This document shows, piece by piece, positions 38,107 through 45,696 of a stretch of DNA of 64,000 nt. The DNA is from Actinomycetota bacterium (GTDB lineage Bacteria > Actinomycetota > Actinomycetes > Streptosporangiales > Streptosporangiaceae). Each line of letters opens with the position of its first letter. Position 1 is the stretch's first letter. Under the pieces are notes generated by a model. It was not told the origin of the DNA, did no database searches, and saw only the letters and a program-made list of their open reading frames with translations. The stretch covers positions 1,876-65,875 of the forward strand of contig JAJPIV010000048.1 in the NCBI GenBank assembly GCA_021324595.1, in the 5' to 3' direction. The position numbers were made by a program, and so were the translations under genes.

Positions 38107-39912
38107 GTGAGGCGCGGCGACGTGGCGAGCACGGAACGAGAGCAGGGCATCGGGGCGGCGGCCGGGGCGGCCGCCGCCCCCGGGCGCGGCGGCGCGGGGC
38201 GCGGCCTGCGCGGCGCGCACTACAAGTGGGTCGCGCTGTCCAACACGACGCTCGGGATCCTGGCGGCCACGACGAACGCGTCCATCGTGATCATCTCGCT
38301 GCCGGCGATCTTCCGCGGCATCCACCTCAACCCCCTCACCCCGGGGAACATCAGCTACCTGCTGTGGATGCTCATGGGCTACCTGGTGGTCTCGGCGGTC
38401 CTGGTCGTGACGCTCGGCCGGCTCGGCGACATCTACGGCCGGGTCCGGATGTACAACGTGGGCTTCGCCCTGTTCGCGCTCGGCGCCCTCGCGCTCCCCT
38501 TCGACCCGCTCACCGGCCCGGGCGGGGCGCTGTGGCTGATCGGCTGGCGCATCCTGCAGGCGGTCGGCGGCGCGATGCTGATGGCCAACTCCCCCGCGAT
38601 CCTGACCGACGCGTTCCCCTACAACCAGCGCGGCATGGCGATGGGGGTCAACCAGATCGCCGGCATCTCCGGGCAGTTCATCGGCCTGATCCTCGGCGGC
38701 ATCCTGGCCGCGGTCGACTGGCGGCTGGTCTTCCTGGTGTCGGTCCCGATCGGCGTCGGCGGCGCGATCTGGTCCTACGTCAGCCTGCGCGAGGTCGGCG
38801 CCCGCACGCCGGCCAGGATCGACTGGCTGGGCAACCTGACCTTCGCGGTCGGCCTGGTCGGCCTGCTGACCGGGATCACCTACGGCATCCAGCCCTACGG
38901 CGGGCACACGATGGGCTGGACCAGCCCGTTCGTGCTGACCTACCTGCTCGGCGGCGTCGCGCTGCTCGCCGCGTTCTGCCTGATCGAGCTGCGGGTCGCC
39001 GCGCCGATGTTCGACCTGCGGCTGCTGCGGATCCGGGCGTTCTCCACCGGGGTGGGCGCGGCGCTGCTCGCCTCGATCGCCCGCGGCGGCCTGCAGTTCA
39101 TGCTGATCATCTGGCTGCAGGGCATCTGGCTGGTGCTGCACGGCTACTCCTTCATCGAGACCCCGCTGTGGTCCGGCATCTACCTGCTCCCGATGACGGC
39201 CGGGTTCCTGATCGCCGGCCCGGTCTCCGGCTGGCTCTCGGACCGGTTCGGCGCCCGGCTCTTCGCCTCGGGCGGGCTGCTGCTGTCCGCGGCGGCCTTC
39301 GGCGGGCTGCTGCTGATCCCGGTCAACTTCGGCTACCCGCTGTTCGCCTTCCTGGTCTTCCTGTCCGGCGCGGGCATGGGCCTGTTCTCCGCGCCGAACG
39401 CCGCCGCCGTCATGAACAGCGTCCCGCCGCGCCAGCGGGGCGCGGCCTCGGGCATGATGGCGACCTTCCAGAACTCCGGCTTCGTGCTGTCGATCGGCAT
39501 CTTCTTCTCGCTGATGATCGCCGGCCTGGCCGCGACGCTGCCGGTGACGCTCACCAGCGGCCTGGCCGGGCAGGGCGTGCCGCTGGCGATCGCTCGCGCG
39601 ATCGGCTCGCTGCCGCCGGTCGGCAGCCTGTTCGCCGCGTTCCTCGGCTACAACCCGGTCCACACCCTGCTCGCGCCGACCGGGGTGCTGGCGCACCTGC
39701 CCGCCGGCCACGTCGCCGTGCTCACCGGCCGGCGGTTCTTCCCGCAGCTGATCTCCGGCCCGTTCCACCACGGCCTGGCGATCGTCTTCGGCATGGCGAT
39801 GGGCGTGCTCGTGGCCGCCGCGCTGCTGTCGCTGCGCCACGGCGGGACCGAGGCGGTCAGGCAGCGCGAGGCCGCCGAGGCGGCGCGAGCCGAGCGGGCG
39901 CTCCAGGGCTGA
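38107..39912 (+). CDS. MFS transporter (DHA2/EmrB-QacA type, ~14 TM)
   Basis: 601 aa, many TM segments, LGRLGDIYGRVRMY motif. Confidence 0.85.
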   Translation: MRRGDVASTEREQGIGAAAGAAAAPGRGGAGRGLRGAHYKWVALSNTTLGILAATTNASIVIISLPAIFRGIHLNPLTPGNISYLLWMLMGYLVVSAVLVVTLGRLGDIYGRVRMYNVGFALFALGALALPFDPLTGPGGALWLIGWRILQAVGGAMLMANSPAILTDAFPYNQRGMAMGVNQIAGISGQFIGLILGGILAAVDWRLVFLVSVPIGVGGAIWSYVSLREVGARTPARIDWLGNLTFAVGLVGLLTGITYGIQPYGGHTMGWTSPFVLTYLLGGVALLAAFCLIELRVAAPMFDLRLLRIRAFSTGVGAALLASIARGGLQFMLIIWLQGIWLVLHGYSFIETPLWSGIYLLPMTAGFLIAGPVSGWLSDRFGARLFASGGLLLSAAAFGGLLLIPVNFGYPLFAFLVFLSGAGMGLFSAPNAAAVMNSVPPRQRGAASGMMATFQNSGFVLSIGIFFSLMIAGLAATLPVTLTSGLAGQGVPLAIARAIGSLPPVGSLFAAFLGYNPVHTLLAPTGVLAHLPAGHVAVLTGRRFFPQLISGPFHHGLAIVFGMAMGVLVAAALLSLRHGGTEAVRQREAAEAARAERALQG

Positions 39913-39942
39913 ACGGGCGGCCGGCTGCCCTCGGGCACGGGC

Positions 39943-41196
39943 TCAGCGCCGCGCGCCCACCTCGCGGGCGAGCAGGTCGTCGTAGGTCTCGCGGCGCACC
40001 CCGACCCTGGCCGTCCCGCCGTCGCAGAAGATCACCGGAGGGCGGAGCGCGCCGTTGTAGTTGTTCGCCATCGTGAAGCAGTACGCGCCGGTCACCGGAA
40101 CCACGACCAGGTCGCCGACCCTGGGGTCGGCGAGGGTGACGTCCGGGGTGATCACGTCCCCGGACTCGCAGTGCCGGCCGACCAGGTCCGCGGTGACCGG
40201 GCGGGCGTCCCAGCGGCCGACGACCAGCGGCGTGAACCGCTGGCCGTACAGGGAGTGCTCCAGGTTGTCCCCCATGCCGCCGTCCACTGCCACGTGCAGC
40301 GTGCCGGCGTCCTTCACCGTGACCACCCGGTACAGCGTGACGCAGGCCCGGGCGACCATCGAGCGGCCCGGCTCGACCAGGATCTCGATGTCGGTGCCCA
40401 GGTGCTTGTGGGCGGCGGCCACGAGCCGGCCGGCGTACTCATCCACCGAGGGGGCCGTGTCGCCGGGGCCGTACCGGACGCCCAGGCCCCCGCCGAAGTC
40501 GTAGACCTCGAACCGCTCCAGGCTCGCCAGCGCCTCCACCGCCGCCTCGAACTGCCCCACGTCGGTGATCTGCGACCCGATGTGGGCGTGCAGCCCGCGC
40601 AGGTCGGCCGCCGGCACCGCCCTCAGCCGTGCGATGGCCTCGGGGACGTGCTCGACCGGGACGCCGAACTTGGACCGCCTGCCGCCGGTCGCCAGGGCCG
40701 CGTGCGTGGCCGACTCGATGCCCGGGCTGACCCGCAGCAGCACCGGGACGGGCCGGGTGGCCAGCCGCTCGATCCGGTCGATGTCGTCGAAGCCGTCGAC
40801 CACGATGTAGCCGGCCCCGGCGGCGATCGCCGCCGCGATGTCGGCGTCGGACTTGGCGTTGCCGTGCAGGACGAGCGACCCCGGGTCGGCGCCGGCGGCC
40901 AGCGCGATCCGCATCTCGCCCTCCCCGACCACGTCACAGCCGAGTCCCGCGCGGGTGAGCACGCTGATCACCGACGCCGAGGGGAACGCCTTGACGGCGA
41001 AGCAGATCCGGCTGCGCGCGTGCCTGCCGGTGAACGCGGCCACGTACTCGGCGGCCCGGTCGCGCAGCGCCTGCTCGTCGATGACATAGGCGGGCGTGCC
41101 GAACTCACGGGCCAGCTCGGACAGAGCGCAGCCGCCGATCCGCAGGTCGTCGCCGTCGGCGCGGGCCGACGGCGGCAGAAGCGACAGGTCGGGCAT
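39943..41196 (-). CDS. lysA: Diaminopimelate decarboxylase
   Basis: FAVKAFP (PLP Lys), FGGGLGV and HCESGD motifs. ATG 41196 is preceded by GGAGG. Confidence 0.85.
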   Translation of the reverse strand: MPDLSLLPPSARADGDDLRIGGCALSELAREFGTPAYVIDEQALRDRAAEYVAAFTGRHARSRICFAVKAFPSASVISVLTRAGLGCDVVGEGEMRIALAAGADPGSLVLHGNAKSDADIAAAIAAGAGYIVVDGFDDIDRIERLATRPVPVLLRVSPGIESATHAALATGGRRSKFGVPVEHVPEAIARLRAVPAADLRGLHAHIGSQITDVGQFEAAVEALASLERFEVYDFGGGLGVRYGPGDTAPSVDEYAGRLVAAAHKHLGTDIEILVEPGRSMVARACVTLYRVVTVKDAGTLHVAVDGGMGDNLEHSLYGQRFTPLVVGRWDARPVTADLVGRHCESGDVITPDVTLADPRVGDLVVVPVTGAYCFTMANNYNGALRPPVIFCDGGTARVGVRRETYDDLLAREVGARR

Positions 41197-41318
41197 GGAT
41201 GAGCCTCCGGGTAGGTCGGGGCGGTCAGGGGGATGGCCCGGAGCGGGCCGGGCAGTGCCCACCAGGCTACGCGCCGCCCCGGCCCGCCCGCGCCGCCCCT
41301 GCGGATGGCCGCGGCCGC

Positions 41319-41798
41319 TCAGCGCACGACGCCGACCAGGTAGCTGAGCTCGTGGAACGCGGCCAGCCGGGCCGAGCAGCGGACGGGCCCGGTCTTGCGC
41401 AGGCGGCCGCGGATCATCGTCCGGTAGGTCCCGGCCTCGCGCAGGCCGCGGTACCGGCCGGTCGCGCGGACCACCCGGAAGTCACCCACCTGCCGGATCG
41501 TGAAGCGGCAGGTCGACGGGTCCGGGCCGGTGATCGTCTCGCCCCGCGGCACGCGCCGGATCCGGATCCGTCCCGAGGGGAACACGATCGTCGCGGTCCG
41601 CCTGACGTAGTGACCCGTGGCGCGGAACGCGCCGCTCGCCGTCACGCGCGCGTGAAGCTGACTCGGCGAGCTGATCACGAACGTGAAGACCTCCCGGCCG
41701 TGGTAGGCCGGGGCCAGCGGGCGCGCCGCCGCCGGCCCCGTGCCGAGCAGCGCGATCGCCGTGGCCGCGGCCAGCGCCGCCGGCAGCCTCATCCGCAT
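41319..41798 (-). CDS. Secreted hypothetical protein (159 aa)
   Basis: Signal peptide MRMRLPAALAAATAIALLGTGPAAA, then a beta-rich mature region. RBS AAGGAGGGAG. Confidence 0.6.
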   Translation of the reverse strand: MRMRLPAALAAATAIALLGTGPAAARPLAPAYHGREVFTFVISSPSQLHARVTASGAFRATGHYVRRTATIVFPSGRIRIRRVPRGETITGPDPSTCRFTIRQVGDFRVVRATGRYRGLREAGTYRTMIRGRLRKTGPVRCSARLAAFHELSYLVGVVR

Positions 41799-41810
41799 CG
41801 GGTGCTCCCT

Positions 41811-41855
41811 CCTTGCCCGGTCCGCCCTTGCCCGGTCCGCCCTTGCCCGGTCCGC
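41811..41855. repeat. Perfect 15-bp tandem repeat x3 (CCTTGCCCGGTCCGC), intergenic
   Basis: Read directly. Ends 13 nt upstream of start codon 41798 on the coding (minus) strand. Confidence 0.9.
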
Positions 41856-41877
41856 GCGGCAGGATCGCCGCGGGACG

Positions 41878-42459
41878 TCACTGAGCCGCCCACCACGCCA
41901 GCGCCGCGCCCGCCATGGCGAGCAGGACGAGCCCGTCCAGCCTGCGCCAGCGGACCACCCGGAGCAGCAGCCCCAGGTGCGCGGCGGGATCCCCGGCGAG
42001 CCCCGGCGCCCCGGGCGGCCCCTCCCGGCCGCAAGCCCGCAGCCCGCGCACGTCGCGCAGCAGGGCGCCGGCCCGTGCCGACCCGTGGGCGAGGCCGATC
42101 GCGGCGGCCAGCCACAGCCCGGCCACCGGGCCCGGCATCGCCGGGATCGCGGCGGGCAGGACCGCGAACCCCGCGTAGGGGTTCCGGGTGAGGAAGCCGG
42201 GGCCGAGGATCGCGCCCCAGACCAGCGCCCGCCGCCGGGGCGACGCGCCGATCATGAACTCCTGCGGCACCTGCCAGCGCCGGCCGGGCGGAGCCGGCCC
42301 GGGCCTGCCGGAGAGCTCCGCGGCGCCGTACCAGGCCGCGTAGGCGACCACGACCGCCAGGGCCAGCCACCGCGGCCACGGCCGCGCCGCCGCCGGCAGC
42401 GCGGCGGCCGGCAGCGACAGCGCGGCTCCCAGGAGGAGCCAGGCGATCACCGCGGGCAC
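41878..42459 (-). CDS. Integral membrane protein (193 aa), unknown family
   Basis: At least 4 hydrophobic segments. GTG start 42459. Follows the mau-like genes on the same strand. Confidence 0.55.
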   Translation of the reverse strand: MPAVIAWLLLGAALSLPAAALPAAARPWPRWLALAVVVAYAAWYGAAELSGRPGPAPPGRRWQVPQEFMIGASPRRRALVWGAILGPGFLTRNPYAGFAVLPAAIPAMPGPVAGLWLAAAIGLAHGSARAGALLRDVRGLRACGREGPPGAPGLAGDPAAHLGLLLRVVRWRRLDGLVLLAMAGAALAWWAAQ

Positions 42460-42543
42460 CGTGTAGGCGCTCAGGACCAGCGCCGGGCCGCTGAGCCTGC
42501 CGACCGGCAGGCCGGCCGCCAGCGAGGCGGCCGAGTTCGCGCC

Positions 42544-42621
42544 TCAAGGGGAGTACGCCTTGGAGTATCCGTTGACGGCCGCGAGCAGCACCACCACCGC
42601 GGCCAGGATCGCGGCGGTCAC
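42544..42621 (-). CDS. 25-aa hydrophobic mini-ORF (VTAAILAAVVVLLAAVNGYSKAYSP), or a frameshifted C-terminal TM anchor of the upstream gene
   Basis: GTG 42621 overlaps the upstream stop (GTGA). Contains a single clean TM helix. Confidence 0.35.
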   Translation of the reverse strand: MTAAILAAVVVLLAAVNGYSKAYSP

Positions 42622-43235
42622 CGCGGGCCTCCCGGAGCACCGCCGGCGGGCGCGCCGCCGGCTGCTGGCGCGGGGCCGCCTCCCGTCACGGGGCCGCCTC
42701 CCGTCACGGGGCCGCCGCCCGTCACGGGGCCGCCGCCCGTCACGGGGCCGCCGCCGTCGGCCTGCCCGGCGATCTGGAGGCGGCGCTGCTCGGCGCGGAT
42801 GTCCGCGGGAGTCTGGCAGCCGCAGCAGATGCACCGGGACAGGCAGGTGCACCAGCGCAGGCAGCCGCCGGGGCCGATGCAGTCGTAGCAGACCTTGTAG
42901 CCCAGGCCGCGGCCCAGGTTCATGCAGGCGATCCAGCTGCCCTGCGGCCACTCGCACCGATAGCCCTGGGCGTTGAAGCACTGGCTGGTGAACGAGCCCT
43001 TGCACAGGTGGTGGTGCGGCGGGCAGCCGACCTCCGGGCAGCCGTCGCAGCGCCGTGTCGGGCCGCACCAGCACTGGGCGGCCCGCGGGCGGCGCCCGGC
43101 GGCCAGCGCGGCCAGCCCGGCGGTCCCTCCGCCGACGGCGCGGCGCAGCGCGTCCCTGCGGCTCAGGCCGCGGGCCATCCGCTCGGCCAGCGAGCCGATC
43201 GCGGCGTCCAGGCCGGACAGCGGCCGGCGGCTCAC
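42618..43235 (-). CDS. Tat-signal, cysteine-rich protein resembling the methylamine dehydrogenase light chain (MauA-like)
   Basis: Long twin-arginine leader (…LDAAIGSLAERMARGLSRRDALRRAVGGGTAGLAALAAG). 18 Cys in about 88 aa, with CPPHHHLC, SWIAC and YKVCYDCIG segments. (GGGPVT)x4 tail. GTG 43235 overlaps the upstream stop. Confidence 0.6.
   Translation of the reverse strand: MSRRPLSGLDAAIGSLAERMARGLSRRDALRRAVGGGTAGLAALAAGRRPRAAQCWCGPTRRCDGCPEVGCPPHHHLCKGSFTSQCFNAQGYRCEWPQGSWIACMNLGRGLGYKVCYDCIGPGGCLRWCTCLSRCICCGCQTPADIRAEQRRLQIAGQADGGGPVTGGGPVTGGGPVTGGGPVTGGGPAPAAGGAPAGGAPGGPR
42672..42743. repeat. 18-bp tandem repeat x4 plus a partial fifth copy, coding (GGGPVT)n
   Basis: Read directly: GGGGCCGCC(T/G)CCCGTCAC units. 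Confidence 0.9.
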
Positions 43236-43882
43236 CGGGCGCCGCCTGCGCTGCCGATCGCGGCGACGCCCGGCCCGCGCGCGACAGCGCCCGGCCGCCC
43301 CGCCTCCGGCTCCCCGGCATCGCCGGCGGCCTCGGGCTCGCGGCACTGGCGGGCGAACGCCCGCACCTGGTCGAGGCGGACCACCGAGCCCGCCGCCCGG
43401 ACGATCCCCGCGGCGTCGACCGCCACCAGCAGCGGCGTGCCCGAGACCTGGTAGGAGTCCAGGCCGTCCCGCGCCGCGGGCCGTCCGATCTCCTCGGCCG
43501 TGGACTGGAACGGCCCGGAGATCGCCAGGTACTCCGGCGGGTCCGAGATCAGCAGCAGCACCCGCAGGCCGTCCAGGTCGCCTTCGGCCCGGGCGGCGCC
43601 GAGCGCCGCGACCAGCTCCTCGCAGGCGGGGCACGTCGGGTCGACGAAGCCGAGCAGGAGCGGCGTGCCGTCACCGGGCCGGACCCAGCGGACCTCCGGC
43701 TCCCCCGGCCTGGTGTAGGCCAGGGCCGCGGCCCGGGAGCCGGCCGGCGGGCCGAGCCCGGCCGCCTGGCCGTCCCCGGTGAGCAGCCGCCCGAGCTGCC
43801 GGAACAGGACGATCACGAGGACGCCCAGCGCGCACAGCAGCGCCCACTGGGCCACCACCACGTACAGCGGGACCTCGATCAC
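43232..43882 (-). CDS. Membrane-anchored thioredoxin-fold thiol:disulfide oxidoreductase (MauD/TlpA-like)
   Basis: N-terminal TM helix and a FVDPTCPAC (CxxC) motif. GTG 43882 overlaps the mauE-like stop (GTGA). Confidence 0.75.
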   Translation of the reverse strand: MIEVPLYVVVAQWALLCALGVLVIVLFRQLGRLLTGDGQAAGLGPPAGSRAAALAYTRPGEPEVRWVRPGDGTPLLLGFVDPTCPACEELVAALGAARAEGDLDGLRVLLLISDPPEYLAISGPFQSTAEEIGRPAARDGLDSYQVSGTPLLVAVDAAGIVRAAGSVVRLDQVRAFARQCREPEAAGDAGEPEAGRPGAVARGPGVAAIGSAGGAR

Positions 43883-44418
43883 CGGGACCTCCCCATCCCG
43901 TCCGGGCCGCCGGCGGCCCGGCCAGCCTTCGCGGCGCTGTACGTCGCCGCGGCCACCAGCAGCGCGCCGCCTGCCAGGGCGAGCTGGCCGGGCAGCCCCA
44001 CCGCCGCGCCTGACCCGCGGCCCGGCGCGGCGACCAGCGCCGCCGCCAGCGCGATGAGCACGGCCCGGACCGTCGCGGCGCGGCCGAAGCCGCGCCGCGA
44101 CAGCGCGCCGAAGCAGCGGCACGGGCTCCCCGGGTGGCGCGCCTGGCCGATCGCCGAGACCGCGACCAGGCAGCACGCGATCGCCAGCACGGCAAGGTTC
44201 ACCCAGGCGGCGGTGCTGACGAGGCTGGCGCCGCCGGCCGTGAGCTCGGTGATCGCCGCCAGGCGGGCGGCGGCCCGCGACAGCCGCGCCGGGGTGCCCG
44301 GCGGGGCGAACAGGGCGACTGCGGCGCTGAACCCGCCGATGTCGGCGAGCTTCGCGGCGCCCGCGGCGAGCAGCAGCACGGCCAGGGCGGCCTTGAGGCC
44401 AAGGGCGATCAGCGTCAT
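43879..44418 (-). CDS. MauE/DoxX-family redox-associated membrane protein
   Basis: 4 TM segments and a SPCRCFGAL (CxCFG) motif typical of MauE. Confidence 0.8.
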   Translation of the reverse strand: MTLIALGLKAALAVLLLAAGAAKLADIGGFSAAVALFAPPGTPARLSRAAARLAAITELTAGGASLVSTAAWVNLAVLAIACCLVAVSAIGQARHPGSPCRCFGALSRRGFGRAATVRAVLIALAAALVAAPGRGSGAAVGLPGQLALAGGALLVAAATYSAAKAGRAAGGPDGMGRSR

Positions 44419-44421
44419 CGG

Positions 44422-45039
44422 TCACGCCCCGGGCCCGCCGGCCCGCGCCGCCGCTGGCCCGCGCAGCGGCCTGCGCCGGGCCGTCGGCGGCGGCCCGGCC
44501 GGCAGCGCGGCCACCTGGCGCAGCTTGGCGAGCTGCCAGTCATGGTTGACCAGGCTGGAGCCGCGCACGATCCCGCCCGAGTCCACGAAGATCGCGAATG
44601 GCATGACGCGGACGTTGTACCGGGCATACAGCGCCGGCGACCCGGCGACCACGGGGATCTCGGCGAGGCCGAGCTCGGCCAGGGCGGCCCGCGCCATCGC
44701 GGAGGGGCCGCGGGTCAGGACCACGATCTCGGGAGGCGCCGGGTCTCGGCCCGGGGCGGCGGCGAGCAGCTCCCGCAGGCCGTCGGCCACGGACGGGAAC
44801 GACCGCAGCGAATGATCGGTGAACATGATCAGCTGCAACGGGCCGCGCGGCGGCGACGTGCGGGGCCGGCCCGTCGCGTCCGCCAGCGTCCACGCGGGCG
44901 CGCGGCCCCCTCTGGGCAGCCCGTCCCGCTCCAGCGCCGCGGCTCCGGACAGCGCCACCTGGCCCAGCCCGAGCAGGGCGTACCCGCCGGCCGCGCACAG
45001 CAGCGCGGCGACCGCGAGGAACGCCAGCGCGCCGGTCAT
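44422..45039 (-). CDS. Membrane-anchored thioredoxin-fold protein lacking the CxxC motif (MauD/TlpA-like paralogue)
   Basis: The fold pattern parallels the CPAC paralogue (…YNVRVMPFAIFVDSGGIVRGSSLV…), but the active-site region reads FTDHSLRSF. Start set at ATG 45039 because GC3 is higher from there; the track start is 45093. Confidence 0.6.
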   Translation of the reverse strand: MTGALAFLAVAALLCAAGGYALLGLGQVALSGAAALERDGLPRGGRAPAWTLADATGRPRTSPPRGPLQLIMFTDHSLRSFPSVADGLRELLAAAPGRDPAPPEIVVLTRGPSAMARAALAELGLAEIPVVAGSPALYARYNVRVMPFAIFVDSGGIVRGSSLVNHDWQLAKLRQVAALPAGPPPTARRRPLRGPAAARAGGPGA

Positions 45040-45207
45040 CGCCCGCGTGCCAGCACCGATCCGCCGCCATTCACCACCCGGGAATCCAATCATTGTGATT
45101 ATTCGGTGGTCAAGCGGGCGCGCTTGGCTCCCCGGGAACTCAGCGGCCGCGCGGGAGTAGTGCCCGGTGACCTTTGGCCTTGCCCCGCACGTGGGTACAC
45201 CGATGGA

Positions 45208-45696
45208 ATGACGGGGGCGCGCAGTGGCGACCGGGACGGAGGAGCGACGGTGGTGGCCAACGAGGGAGAGCTGGTCGTGGTCGGCGTCGATGGGTCACCG
45301 GAGTCGGCCCGGGCGCTGGCCTGGGCGGCCAGGTACGCCAGGGCGGTGGGGGCCAGTGTGCGGGCGGTGCTGGCCTGGCACTACCCCGCGCCGGCCGGCC
45401 CGGCGCCGATCGGCGTGGCGCCGGCCGCGGTCACCTCGGAGGTGGAGCAGGCCAAGCTGGACGAGCTCCGCGCGGTGATCGCCGAGACGCTGGGCCAGTC
45501 GCCGCAGGTGCCGGTCGAGCCCAGGCTGGCCTACGGCCATCCGGCGCAGGTGCTGATCGCCGAGTCCGCCGGGGCCGACCTGCTCGTGGTCGGCAGCCGT
45601 GGCCACGGCGGGTTCACCGGGATGCTGCTCGGCTCGGTGAGCACGCACTGCGTCACCCACGCCGCGTGCCCGGTCACCGTGGTGCGCGCCCGGTGA
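45208..45696 (+). CDS. Universal stress protein (UspA family)
   Basis: [10 protein letters not shown]…[35 protein letters not shown] (ATP-binding G-2x-G-9x-GS motif). Confidence 0.9.
   Translation: MTGARSGDRDGGATVVANEGELVVVGVDGSPESARALAWAARYARAVGASVRAVLAWHYPAPAGPAPIGVAPAAVTSEVEQAKLDELRAVIAETLGQSPQVPVEPRLAYGHPAQVLIAESAGADLLVVGSRGHGGFTGMLLGSVSTHCVTHAACPVTVVRAR

Noticed and set aside
42672-42743. Tandem repeats (here and at 41811, 63198, 22486) considered as possible CRISPR arrays.
   Set aside because: The units are 15-21 bp, directly abutting with no spacers. Most are in frame within CDSs, and no cas genes are present.
42618-43235. Calling the Cys-rich protein a functional methylamine dehydrogenase small subunit, and the locus a methylamine utilisation cluster.
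   Set aside because: There is no mauB heavy chain, mauG, amicyanin or other mau gene in the window. The similarity is judged from memory of MauA motifs only, and the position of the cofactor Trp residues is ambiguous.
45088-45100. AATCA-TTG-TGATT palindrome and ATG 45093 as a leaderless start of the first mau-like gene.
   Set aside because: No properly spaced -35/-10 pair. The first 18 codons from 45093 have low GC3. ATG 45039 is preferred, though neither start has a strong SD.
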